From the NCBI GenBank assembly GCA_964616045.1, contig CAZTTU010000002.1:6392-70391 (forward strand): DNA of 64,000 bases, written 5' to 3'. The notes under the pieces are model-generated. The model had not been told where the DNA came from, ran no database searches, and saw only the letters and a list, made by a program, of their open reading frames with translations. How positions within the stretch are numbered: position 1 is the stretch's first letter; each line of letters starts with the position of its first letter. The DNA is from an uncultured Verrucomicrobiota bacterium. Its GTDB lineage: Bacteria > Verrucomicrobiota > Verrucomicrobiia > Limisphaerales > UBA1100. Below, piece by piece: positions 53,302 to 62,466 of this stretch. Position numbers and translations under genes: made by a program.

Positions 53302-54897
53302 ATGTCCGCCGACACCATTAAGGTTCTGGTTGCCCAATCCGATGGACTGGTTCTTACAGAGTTCATGCTGGGCGACGGGGTTTACCTGATTGGGGCTGGT
53401 TCAAGCTGCCAGATTCAAGTTGGCTCCATTGCCTCAGAGCATGCCAGGTTGGAGGTGAATGGGGCTCAGATGTCTATTGAGGATGTGGGTGGGTCTACTG
53501 CTGGTGGCGTCTATTTGGATGGGGCTGCAATACTGGGTAAATTACAGATTTATTCTGGTCAAACCATTCAGGTGGCAGACCGGTGGCTGCAATTGCAGTC
53601 GGTTTCGACCATTCTTTCTGGAGAAAGCAAACTTCTAGACGGGCGATACCAGCTCATACGTCAACTCGGGCGTGGTGGGCGCGGAGAGGTGTGGTTGGTG
53701 ATGGACCGGCAAGTGAATCAGAAAGTTGCAGTCAAGCGACTTCCCGCTGAGCTGACGGGTGATGCGGTGGCTCTGAATGATCTGCTGCGGGAGATCGAAA
53801 AATGCAGACACCTAGATCACCCTAATATCATACGGATGTTTGATTTGGTTCAGCCTAGCGGGGAGCCGCCTTTTCTAACACTGGAATATATCGATGGTCA
53901 GGATTTGGCTTCAATGCGACTTGAGCAAACGAGTCAACTATTTAAGTGGAGCAACCTGCGACCATTAATGACTCAGTTGTGCGACGCACTCGAATATGCG
54001 CATCGAAGTAGAATTGTGCACCGCGACCTTAAGCCGGCCAATATGCTGGTGGATCAGTCCGGCAACCTGAAACTGGCTGATTTTGGAATCGCGGCCACCA
54101 TGGCAGAGAGTTTAAGCCGTTCTTCGTTGCAGGGAAGTATCAGTGGCACCTCAGTCTATATGAGCCCACAGCAAATGAAAGGCGAGTTGCCTCGGGCCAG
54201 TGATGATCTTTATGCCTTGGGCTCCACTTTTTATGAGCTCTTAACCAGCCGGACGCCTTTCTATTCCGGTGATATCACCCATCAGGTTTTGAATGAAGAA
54301 CCCAAGCCGCTTTCCGATAGATTGGTTGAGCTCGGGCTTCAAAATGAGGTTCCCGACGCGGTTTGCGCGATGATAATGGCCTGCTTGGCCAAGGATCCGG
54401 CGCGGAGGCCATCCAGTGCCGTGGCGGTGGAAGAGTGGATTAGTGGAGGGACCACCGTACACGTGGTGCCGCCCACACTGCCCCCGGAACCGGGGGCCTT
54501 GGGTGATTGCCCATCAGGCACACCTCCATCTTCGCTGCCAACCGAGCCTGTAAACGTACAGGCCCAAACCGTACACCAAAAAGTGTCTGCAGCTTGGGTG
54601 CCCATTGAGTCACGCGATAATCCGTGGTATCAGGGGTACATGTATTTAAGTGCTTTATTGGCCTTGGGGCTGGTTGCAAATATGAAATTGGATTTCCTTG
54701 GGATCGAATCCTTGAGGTTTTCAACGCGGCCAGAGTTGATAAAAGCCGTTATTGTGGTATTGATAGCCTGGATGATCCTTTCTTTAATCGGACAGTATCT
54801 CATTAAGCCCAAAAGATTCTTTTGCGGGGAATGCAGCGGAAGGCTCAAGAATGACAAAAAAGGGCATTGTCCGCATTGCGAGGCCGAGCTCAGCTGA
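53302..54897 (+). CDS. FHA-like domain / Ser-Thr protein kinase / TM helices / C-terminal zinc ribbon
   Basis: Canonical Hanks motifs (GRGGRGEV, VAVKRL, HRDLKPANMLV, DFGIA, YMSPQQ). The N-terminal ~100 aa are FHA-like (GVYLIGAGSSCQIQV...SEHARLEV...). A Pro-rich linker precedes hydrophobic segments (YLSALLALGLVANM; VIVVLIAWMILSLIGQYLI). The protein ends in CGECSG...CPHCEAEL. Confidence 0.85.
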   Translation: MSADTIKVLVAQSDGLVLTEFMLGDGVYLIGAGSSCQIQVGSIASEHARLEVNGAQMSIEDVGGSTAGGVYLDGAAILGKLQIYSGQTIQVADRWLQLQSVSTILSGESKLLDGRYQLIRQLGRGGRGEVWLVMDRQVNQKVAVKRLPAELTGDAVALNDLLREIEKCRHLDHPNIIRMFDLVQPSGEPPFLTLEYIDGQDLASMRLEQTSQLFKWSNLRPLMTQLCDALEYAHRSRIVHRDLKPANMLVDQSGNLKLADFGIAATMAESLSRSSLQGSISGTSVYMSPQQMKGELPRASDDLYALGSTFYELLTSRTPFYSGDITHQVLNEEPKPLSDRLVELGLQNEVPDAVCAMIMACLAKDPARRPSSAVAVEEWISGGTTVHVVPPTLPPEPGALGDCPSGTPPSSLPTEPVNVQAQTVHQKVSAAWVPIESRDNPWYQGYMYLSALLALGLVANMKLDFLGIESLRFSTRPELIKAVIVVLIAWMILSLIGQYLIKPKRFFCGECSGRLKNDKKGHCPHCEAELS

Positions 54898-54935
54898 ATA
54901 TTGCAAGGCAACGAAGAGAAGGGTAGTTTTCCCAA

Positions 54936-55385
54936 ATGAACCTGCGTGCATTAATGTTATCTTGTTTTACCCTTCTGCTACTGGGTGGTTGCTCAACCTT
55001 TAACCGTGATTGGAAAGAGGCGGCTCAGGTGTCCGCACAGGGGGTTGAGGGTCGGTGGATTGGCGATTGGCACAGCGACTTTAACCAGCATGAAGGGCCC
55101 TTGCGTTGCCTGATAACAAAAAAGGACGGAAACATTTATTACACCCGTTTTCACGCAAAATATTCGTCGGGCTTTTTAACGATTGGTTACTCCTACGACA
55201 TGGATATGACCATTTCCAAACACGGCGAGTCATACACATTTAAGGGTGAGGCAGATTTGGGTTGGATGGCTGGGGGAGTTTACTGGTATGACGGAAACGG
55301 AACTACTGCCAGGATAGATATGAATTACCGTGCTACAAAGGATTTTGGCACCTTTAAACTGCAGCGCCCGAAAAATATTAAGTAA
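54936..55385 (+). CDS. Hypothetical lipoprotein
   Basis: Lipobox LLLGGC after a signal peptide. 149 aa, beta-rich (W/Y/G-rich). The stop overlaps the MFS start (TAATG). Confidence 0.55.
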   Translation: MNLRALMLSCFTLLLLGGCSTFNRDWKEAAQVSAQGVEGRWIGDWHSDFNQHEGPLRCLITKKDGNIYYTRFHAKYSSGFLTIGYSYDMDMTISKHGESYTFKGEADLGWMAGGVYWYDGNGTTARIDMNYRATKDFGTFKLQRPKNIK

Positions 55386-56974
55386 TGGATAACAAAGGAA
55401 ACAGTGAAGAGGAGAGGTGGTATTGTGGGATAACTCAATACCAGTGGTTGGTGCTGACGATTGCCTCGCTCGGGTGGGTCTTTGATATTTACGAAGGTCA
55501 GATATTCGTGGCCACTATGCGTGATTCCATGCCCGATCTATTGGATGCCTTTTCGGATGACGATGTGGTCAAGCAATGGAACGACCGTGCATTCGGATTT
55601 TTCCTCTTGGGTGGAGCATTCGGCGGCGTGCTCTTTGGGATGTTGAGTGATCGTATTGGACGGGCAAAGACGATGGTTTACACTATTTTGTTTTACTCAA
55701 TGTTTACTGCGCTCAGTGCGTTTTCACAGGAGGCATGGCAATTGGCAGCCTTGCGTTTTTTGGTTGCGATGGGCGTTGGAGGTGAATGGGCGGTAGCCAG
55801 TGCGATGGTTGCAGAGGTGATGCCGGCCCGGTCGCGGCCGGTGACTAGTTCTATTTTTCACGCCTCAAGCGTATTTGGAACCCTGTTGGCCGTGGGTGCG
55901 ATATGGCTTTTAGTTAATTACGTGCCCTTGGACCGTTGGGGAGTAGATGCCTGGCGGGCCGCGTTTGTCCTCGGTATTTTGCCGGCGCTGCTGACGTTAT
56001 GGATACGGTGGAAGCTGCGCGAGCCGAAGAGCTGGACTGCGGCTAAGGATCGTGCTGAATCAGGCGATGGTCAACCAACCGGTCGTGTTCGGGAACTGTT
56101 CTCTCCAGCTTATTTGCGAAACACAGCCATTGGCGTAACTCTTGCAACCATAGGATTGGTGACATTTTGGGGTGGGCACATTTACGGCAAAAACGCTCTG
56201 TTAAGATCAGAGCAAAACAAGGCTTTAGCTGCAGAAAAATTCGTCACAATAATCCCGAGTAAGAAGGATGCTCCTAGTGATTGGGAAACATTTGTCCAGC
56301 ATCAGATCGATTTTCTGAATTCAAAAATTACCTTAATCAAAGATGCAAAAATATCAGACGATGGCAGCAGGAAGATGCTTGAAAGGGCGGAGGCTCGGCT
56401 GAATGGAGTTAAGTCGGGGGATAATCAAGTTCAATCGAAAGCTATACAAAAAACTTATGATTGGATGAAGAGGGATGTTTTTGAGAGGCATAAATCAACA
56501 ATTAAGAATGCTGAAATGACAAGCATGGCACTCAATACCGTTGGGGCCGGTTTGGGGCTAGTTCTATTTGGGAGTATTTCCACTCGGCTGGGTCGCAAGG
56601 GGGCCTTCGTGCTATACCACGCGATGGCTTTTGTGATGATGTTGGTGATGTTCAAATGGTTGTTGCCGAATAATGCATCTGAAACTGTATTGAAAATATG
56701 TTTGCCGGTGTTTGGTTTCTTTACAGTGGGTATGCATGCCGGCTATGCAGTTTATTTTCCTGAATTATATCCCACACGCCTCCGGGGGACTGGGGCGGGA
56801 TTTTGCTTTAATATGGGACGACTTGGTACCGCGGCAGCATTTTTTGGATTCGGGGCAATGGCAAGTCCGCTAAGTCAGGAGGTCAAGGCCATGTGGCTGG
56901 CTCCGCTTTTTTTGTTGGGCGTGGTAGTTGTGCTCTTTGCTAGGGAAACACGTGGCGAAGATTTGCCTGAATAA
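55385..56974 (+). CDS. MFS transporter with a long hydrophilic central insertion
   Basis: 12-TM-like profile. MFS loop motif GMLSDRIGRAKT (GxLxDRxGRK-like). A second-half repeat is present (RLGRKGAF). About 120 aa of hydrophilic sequence lies between the two halves. Confidence 0.85.
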   Translation: MDNKGNSEEERWYCGITQYQWLVLTIASLGWVFDIYEGQIFVATMRDSMPDLLDAFSDDDVVKQWNDRAFGFFLLGGAFGGVLFGMLSDRIGRAKTMVYTILFYSMFTALSAFSQEAWQLAALRFLVAMGVGGEWAVASAMVAEVMPARSRPVTSSIFHASSVFGTLLAVGAIWLLVNYVPLDRWGVDAWRAAFVLGILPALLTLWIRWKLREPKSWTAAKDRAESGDGQPTGRVRELFSPAYLRNTAIGVTLATIGLVTFWGGHIYGKNALLRSEQNKALAAEKFVTIIPSKKDAPSDWETFVQHQIDFLNSKITLIKDAKISDDGSRKMLERAEARLNGVKSGDNQVQSKAIQKTYDWMKRDVFERHKSTIKNAEMTSMALNTVGAGLGLVLFGSISTRLGRKGAFVLYHAMAFVMMLVMFKWLLPNNASETVLKICLPVFGFFTVGMHAGYAVYFPELYPTRLRGTGAGFCFNMGRLGTAAAFFGFGAMASPLSQEVKAMWLAPLFLLGVVVVLFARETRGEDLPE

Positions 56975-56975
56975 A

Positions 56976-57950
56976 TCAGTCGAGTGTAAAGCCTTCTAGG
57001 GGAAATTGGGTTGTCCTCATCTCATGCGATCCATTGGCGCGGGTTAGTTCGTACATGAAGAGAATATCATCGCCATGAGGTTGGGCGTCAATATAGCGCA
57101 AAGATCCGGTCGCGTGCGGGCTGGTGATGCAGGGTCCTTCCGGGCTTAGGATGATCCAGTCTTTCAGGTCAGTCGATACAGCCAGGCCGGTGCGTTCCTC
57201 ATAGTTTTGATGATGTCCTTCGCTGCCATCATAAAAGGCATAATATTTTCCATTAAGCGGCAGCACGCTGTTAATGCGCCGGCAATACTTATCCCAGGCC
57301 GTGTCACCTTCGGGTTTCAGGATAACCCCCTGCCAATCCCAGTTATCTAGGTCAGTGGAGGTCGCCAGTGCCGTGGCACTAACGCATTCGCCGGTATTAA
57401 AAATATCAAGGGTATCGTGGGAGCTGTCCTTGGTGGCCGATGTGTCAATTGCGACACTTAAAAACAACGAATATTTTCCATCCTCCTCCAGTATCCACGG
57501 GTCTTTCACCCCTTCGAGGCCAAGGTCAGTTGCAGTGAAGAGACGCTGGGTATTGTCGGGGTTAAGTTCTCCGATACTCGGGGCCTTGTTAATGGTGGTG
57601 CACCAGCGACCATCTTCAGGGGCAACATAACTTGTGAAATAACGGAACTGACCGTCCTGTCCGCGCTTGAGCATGCTTTTTTCAATCGAGGCGGAATTAT
57701 AGGCATCCTTGTGAACTGACCAGATATCTTCAAAGGTTTCAAAATCGGTGGTCCTGGCGATACGGGATTCACCGCCCCGATCAGGCTCCACTCCGCGGGG
57801 ACGGCGGATGCGGTAGCAAATGTAGGCGGCCTGATCGGCTTCATCCCATACCCAGCCCGGCGCGCCCGCCCAGTAGCCTTGTTCATCGCCAACAGGTTCG
57901 CGGACAATGGCGCCATTGATAAGTTCTTCAGTGATTGGGTGTGTGCTCAT
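56976..57950 (-). CDS. Glycoside-hydrolase-like beta-propeller protein (GH32/43/130-like; family not resolved)
   Basis: 324 aa with no signal peptide. Blade-like segments repeat, with acidic candidates (KDPWILEEDGKYSLF, YAFYDGSE, LAVSTDLKDW). The call is by general resemblance only. Confidence 0.45.
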   Translation of the reverse strand: MSTHPITEELINGAIVREPVGDEQGYWAGAPGWVWDEADQAAYICYRIRRPRGVEPDRGGESRIARTTDFETFEDIWSVHKDAYNSASIEKSMLKRGQDGQFRYFTSYVAPEDGRWCTTINKAPSIGELNPDNTQRLFTATDLGLEGVKDPWILEEDGKYSLFLSVAIDTSATKDSSHDTLDIFNTGECVSATALATSTDLDNWDWQGVILKPEGDTAWDKYCRRINSVLPLNGKYYAFYDGSEGHHQNYEERTGLAVSTDLKDWIILSPEGPCITSPHATGSLRYIDAQPHGDDILFMYELTRANGSHEMRTTQFPLEGFTLD

Positions 57951-59033
57951 TTAGTTAATTGTGACTATCTGTTTTTCCCGGATCGATTCCTCAGCAGCAA
58001 TTGCCAGTAATGTGCCATCTATCGTATTTTCCACTGATGTCAATGGCTGCACTCCACTGCGTGCGGCTTTGATAAATGCCGTATGCATTTCGGCAAAGCC
58101 TAAATGTCCGCCCCAACCAATGCCGCGTTTTGCCTTTACCGAAATAATTCTTGGTTCTCCCTTACGTTTACCCTTTTCCCAGAGAAGCAACTTCAGATTG
58201 TCCAGATCGGTTTGCAGCACACCTTCAGAACCCACAACCCCCATCTCCAAGGTCTCTTTGGGTGGTTCATGGGCAAAGAGACTCAGGTGAAGTGTGCCCT
58301 TGGCTTCGTTGGCGTATTGCCAGCTGGCAGTAGCGTGGTCGTGCACCTGATTTGGGCCAGGGATTACCCGGTTAATGGCGTTGCTTCCAAAAGCACTCAC
58401 ACGTTCGGGTTTTGAATTAAGCCACCAGTTCATCAGGTCGAAGTGATGGCAGTTTTTGTCCACCAGACAGCCGCCGCTTTTGCGCCGGTCCTGAATCCAA
58501 TTACGACTCTTGGGTTGAAAGGGCCCCCTGAACTCCTTGCACCATGCCATCTGGGGAACTCCCACTGACCCCTTTTCAATTAACTGCTTTATCTTGGCGA
58601 AGTAGGCCGAATAACGCAGTTCATGGCCAATCATCAGGATCCGGTCACTTTTCTGCGAGGCCCTTAACAGAGTGCGGCATTCGATCGGGGTAATACCCAC
58701 CGGTTTCTCCAGGAAAACGTGTTTGCCCTCCTTGATGGCTTCAAGAGCCAGGGGGACGTGGGTGTGGTTGGGCGAGGAGATTATCACCGCATCCAGGTCG
58801 GACTTGATGAGGCTGGATTCGTTCTTATGGAGAATTGCCTCAGGCGCAACCTTCTGTGCGCGTCGAATCCTCTCGGTGTTGGTTGCACAAAATGCAACGG
58901 CTTTGGCTTGTTTGGAGCATTGCTGGTGGAATATTTCCAGGTGGCTGTAGCCCATCGCGCCCGCCCCAATGAAGCCCATGCGGATCTTGTTGGCCATGAG
59001 GCGACTTTGCCCTAGAGGGCAGGGTCTATTCAA
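57951..59033 (-). CDS. Gfo/Idh/MocA family NAD(P)-dependent oxidoreductase
   Basis: N-terminal Rossmann motif IRMGFIGAGAMG, the consensus EKP motif (VFLEKPV), and a C-terminal alpha/beta domain. Abuts the upstream gene with no spacer (57950/57951). Confidence 0.85.
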   Translation of the reverse strand: MNRPCPLGQSRLMANKIRMGFIGAGAMGYSHLEIFHQQCSKQAKAVAFCATNTERIRRAQKVAPEAILHKNESSLIKSDLDAVIISSPNHTHVPLALEAIKEGKHVFLEKPVGITPIECRTLLRASQKSDRILMIGHELRYSAYFAKIKQLIEKGSVGVPQMAWCKEFRGPFQPKSRNWIQDRRKSGGCLVDKNCHHFDLMNWWLNSKPERVSAFGSNAINRVIPGPNQVHDHATASWQYANEAKGTLHLSLFAHEPPKETLEMGVVGSEGVLQTDLDNLKLLLWEKGKRKGEPRIISVKAKRGIGWGGHLGFAEMHTAFIKAARSGVQPLTSVENTIDGTLLAIAAEESIREKQIVTIN

Positions 59034-59092
59034 GCCTGCCTTCCCAATAGATTGTCATTGAGTTGAAGGTTGTGAGGCCGTTTTCTTTGGTC

Positions 59093-60328
59093 ATGCCGTT
59101 TGTAACGCATCTGGAATGCGCAAATTGTCAAAGTGAATATCCCGCAGGCGAAGTTCACGGTTTGTGCGCCAAGTGCAGCCGTCCCCTTTGGGTTCGCTAT
59201 GACTTGGAGTTGATAAAAAAAGAATTCCCTCAAAAAACTCTTTTCGGTCGACCGCCCACCTTGTGGAGGTATCTTGAATTGTTGCCCTTGGAGAATCCTG
59301 CAAACATAGTTTCATTGACCGAGACGATTACACCCATTTTGCCAGCTAACCGCTTGGGTGCTGAGTTCGGTCTGGAAAACCTATTGATCAAGGACGAAAG
59401 TCGATTGCCGACTGGTAGTTTCAAGGCGCGTGGGATGGCGATGGCAGTAACCATGGCAAAAGAACTGGGCCTCAAGCGTCTCGCTGCCCCGACTGCTGGT
59501 AACGCGGGGGGGGGGTTGGCGGCCTATGCGGCCCGGGCTGGCATCGAAAGCTGGGTGTTTATGCCAGAGGACACGCCGATCATTAACCAGAAGGAATGCC
59601 TGCTTTATGGGGCAAATGTTTATGCGGTGGACGGATTAATAGATGATTGCGGGAAACTCGTTCGTGAAGGGATGAGTGAATTGGGTTGGTTCGATGTATC
59701 GACACTTAAGGAGCCCTACCGGATTGAGGGCAAGAAAACAATGGGGCTGGAATTGGCCGAGCAATTTGACTGGGAACTGCCTGATTGGATATTGTACCCA
59801 ACCGGCGGAGGGACTGGGCTGATTGGAATGTGGAAGGCCTTTGGTGAATTAGAGGCACTGGGTTGGCTCAAGGACAAGAAGCGGCCGAAAATGATCGCCT
59901 GCCAAAGCGACGGTTGCGCGCCAATTGTGAATGCATTCAAGGCCGGGAGTCGGCACGCTAAACGAGTTTGTGACGCGCAAACTATTGCCAGTGGATTGCG
60001 AGTGCCACAGGCAGTCGGAGATTTTATGATTCTGGAGGCTGTGCGAGAAAGTGATGGCGCGGCCATTGCCGCACTGGAACATGAGATCCCAAAATGGATG
60101 AGGCTTGCCAACACCATGGAGGGCATTGCCCTGTGCCCAGAGACGGCCGTATGCTTGGGCGTTCTTGATCAATTGACAGGGCAAGGGAGGGTGAAGCCCA
60201 AGGATCGTGTGCTTATCTTTAATACTGGCGCAGCTCACAAATATCCCGAAGCCGTAACGATGGAATTACCCGGGATTAATCTTGATCAGCCGATTGACTG
60301 GAAGGCGCTGGCGCATCCTTCGGTCTGA
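59093..60328 (+). CDS. thrC: Threonine synthase (PLP-dependent, with an N-terminal zinc ribbon)
   Basis: CANCQSEYP...CAKCSRPL; PLP-lysine motif GSFKARGMA; glycine loop TAGNAGGGLAAY. ATG at 59093 (a TTG alternative lies at 59063). Confidence 0.85.
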   Translation: MPFVTHLECANCQSEYPAGEVHGLCAKCSRPLWVRYDLELIKKEFPQKTLFGRPPTLWRYLELLPLENPANIVSLTETITPILPANRLGAEFGLENLLIKDESRLPTGSFKARGMAMAVTMAKELGLKRLAAPTAGNAGGGLAAYAARAGIESWVFMPEDTPIINQKECLLYGANVYAVDGLIDDCGKLVREGMSELGWFDVSTLKEPYRIEGKKTMGLELAEQFDWELPDWILYPTGGGTGLIGMWKAFGELEALGWLKDKKRPKMIACQSDGCAPIVNAFKAGSRHAKRVCDAQTIASGLRVPQAVGDFMILEAVRESDGAAIAALEHEIPKWMRLANTMEGIALCPETAVCLGVLDQLTGQGRVKPKDRVLIFNTGAAHKYPEAVTMELPGINLDQPIDWKALAHPSV

Positions 60329-61772
60329 GCTGGGGGAAAAGGATCACGTCACGGATACTTTCCTGACCCAGAAGCATAATGCAAAGCCGGTCAATCCCGA
60401 TGCCAATTCCACCTGCAGGAGGCATGCCATGTTCCAAGGCAACCAGAAAATCCTCATCGAGTTTCTGCTGTTCACCGCCGGCCTGGTGCTGGAGTCGTTC
60501 TCGCTGCTCAATGGGATCATTCTGTTCCGTGTATGCCGGGGCAATTTCTTGACCATTGATGCAGCACTCAAAAACCTCCACACAATCCGCATCATCAGGT
60601 GAAAGCTTAGCCAACGGCACCAGCTCTTTTGGCAGATGTGTGACAAAGGTTGGCTGAATCAGGTTGGGCTCAACCATTTTCTCAAAGACGGCATTGGTTA
60701 CTTCGAAATCTTCACAGCTACCTTCAATTTCACCTTCCAGCTTCAGTTCTTCAATCGCGCGCCGATGCCTTTCCTTAGGTTCCACGTCAAACCAATCCGC
60801 ACCTGCCACCTCCCTTATTAAATCCTTGTATTTCACTCGGCGCCAATCCGGGGTGAGATCGATGGTCTGGACGACATTACCCTCGGCGTCTTCCTGCTTG
60901 ATAATCAGCGTTCCCAGTACTTTTTCCGACACGTGGCAAATGAGCGACTGACACAACTCCATCATCGTCTCGTAATCGCCATAGGCCTGATACGCCTCAA
61001 GCATCGTGAATTCCGGATTATGGCGGCGTGAGATGCCCTCATTTCGAAAGATACGTCCCATTTCGAACACACGGTCCATGCCGCCCACAAGTAGTCGCTT
61101 TAGGGACAATTCCAATGCGATACGCAAATAGAAATCGCGCCCAAATGCATTATGGTGCGTAACAAAAGGACGCGCTGCTGCCCCGCCGGGAATGGCCTGC
61201 ATCATTGGCGTTTCCACCTCTATAAATCCGCGATCATCCATGAAATTGCGTATCTCACGCAATATAGCGCTGCGCTGAAACATGGTCTGCCGCACATCAT
61301 CATTGGATATAAGATCCAGGTAGCGCTGGCGGTATCTGGTTTCCGTATCGGCCAATCCGTGCCATTTTTCAGGAGGAGGTCGAAGTGCTTTACCCAGAAC
61401 CGTGAATTTGGTGACCTTAACACTGATCTCACCGGTCTTGGTGGTGAACAAGACACCACTCGCCCCTACAAAATCTGCAATATCAAGGCTCTTGAAAACC
61501 ATAAAGGGTTCATCACCCAGATCGTTCTTTCGAATAAAGAGCTGAACGGTTCCGCTCGAATCTTTGATGTGTGCAAAGATGGTCTTGCCCATCACCCGTT
61601 GTGACACCAACCGACCGGCTACAGAAACTGCACGTTCCTCCTCATAATTCTCCTTCACCGCACCACAGCTCTCACTGGGTGTAAACACGTTATGAAAGGG
61701 ATCTATCCCGGCGGCACGTAAATCGCCAAGCTTGGAACGGCGTTGCTCTATAAGCTTATTCGTGTCATCCAT
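60276..61772 (-). CDS. lysS: Lysyl-tRNA synthetase, class II
   Basis: OB anticodon-binding domain (VSVAGRLVSQRVMGKTIFAHIKD). Class II motifs (FIEVETPMM; FRNEGISRRHNPEFTMLEAY; GGIGIGIDRLCIML). ATG at 61772. Confidence 0.95.
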   Translation of the reverse strand: MDDTNKLIEQRRSKLGDLRAAGIDPFHNVFTPSESCGAVKENYEEERAVSVAGRLVSQRVMGKTIFAHIKDSSGTVQLFIRKNDLGDEPFMVFKSLDIADFVGASGVLFTTKTGEISVKVTKFTVLGKALRPPPEKWHGLADTETRYRQRYLDLISNDDVRQTMFQRSAILREIRNFMDDRGFIEVETPMMQAIPGGAAARPFVTHHNAFGRDFYLRIALELSLKRLLVGGMDRVFEMGRIFRNEGISRRHNPEFTMLEAYQAYGDYETMMELCQSLICHVSEKVLGTLIIKQEDAEGNVVQTIDLTPDWRRVKYKDLIREVAGADWFDVEPKERHRRAIEELKLEGEIEGSCEDFEVTNAVFEKMVEPNLIQPTFVTHLPKELVPLAKLSPDDADCVEVFECCINGQEIAPAYTEQNDPIEQRERLQHQAGGEQQKLDEDFLVALEHGMPPAGGIGIGIDRLCIMLLGQESIRDVILFPQLRPKDAPAPSSQSADQD

Positions 61773-61882
61773 GAACGCGTCAATGAAACGGATTGACAAG
61801 ACAAGTGCAACTCTTTGTGGTGAAAATATGTTCGCCCAGCCTCCGTATCCATGAAATGTTCATTGGCCTGCTTATTATTACA

Positions 61883-62395
61883 TCAAAACCCTTGCAGGAT
61901 GACCATTATCAGTGCGCCTACGGCTAACGCGCCGATGATCGTTATGGCAATGATGTAAATTTTCACCCAATTGGATTTCTTCGTTTTAAATGCTGAGCTT
62001 GAATCGTCACTAGAACCGAAATCATCGGGAGTAATAGCCTTAGGCGTGTTGCTGATGACCGCTGTTTCGCGTTTCATGGTTTCCACCACTGATGGGTCAT
62101 CAACCAATTGCAGATGAATGCCCGGGTTAATACCTAGCTGAAGGATATGTCCAGGAGATAGGGCGACAGGTTCCGCGATGGGTTGTTCGTTCACAAAGGT
62201 CCCATTTTGTGAGCCTAAATCCTGATAAACTATTAGCCCTTCAGAAATGGTGAATTGTCCATGCTGTGCAGAAACTGTAAGGTCTTGCACAAGAATTTCG
62301 GACCCTTCAGCGGATCCGACTGTGTGCATTCCTTGAGTCAATTCAAAGGGGCCGCCTTGCACCCCCTCGGTAATAATGTAGAGTAGCGTCGCCAT
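61883..62395 (-). CDS. FHA-domain protein with a C-terminal membrane anchor
   Basis: FHA motifs (VSAQHGQFTI, DLGSQNGTFVNEQPI, GHILQLG). C-terminal TM helix IYIIAITIIGALAVGALIMVIL. Confidence 0.8.
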   Translation of the reverse strand: MATLLYIITEGVQGGPFELTQGMHTVGSAEGSEILVQDLTVSAQHGQFTISEGLIVYQDLGSQNGTFVNEQPIAEPVALSPGHILQLGINPGIHLQLVDDPSVVETMKRETAVISNTPKAITPDDFGSSDDSSSAFKTKKSNWVKIYIIAITIIGALAVGALIMVILQGF

Positions 62396-62466
62396 GCCCT
62401 TAACATGCCGCCTACCTTTCGGTTGGGTATTAACTATAATACTAGCTTATTCAGTGATGTCAAGGT

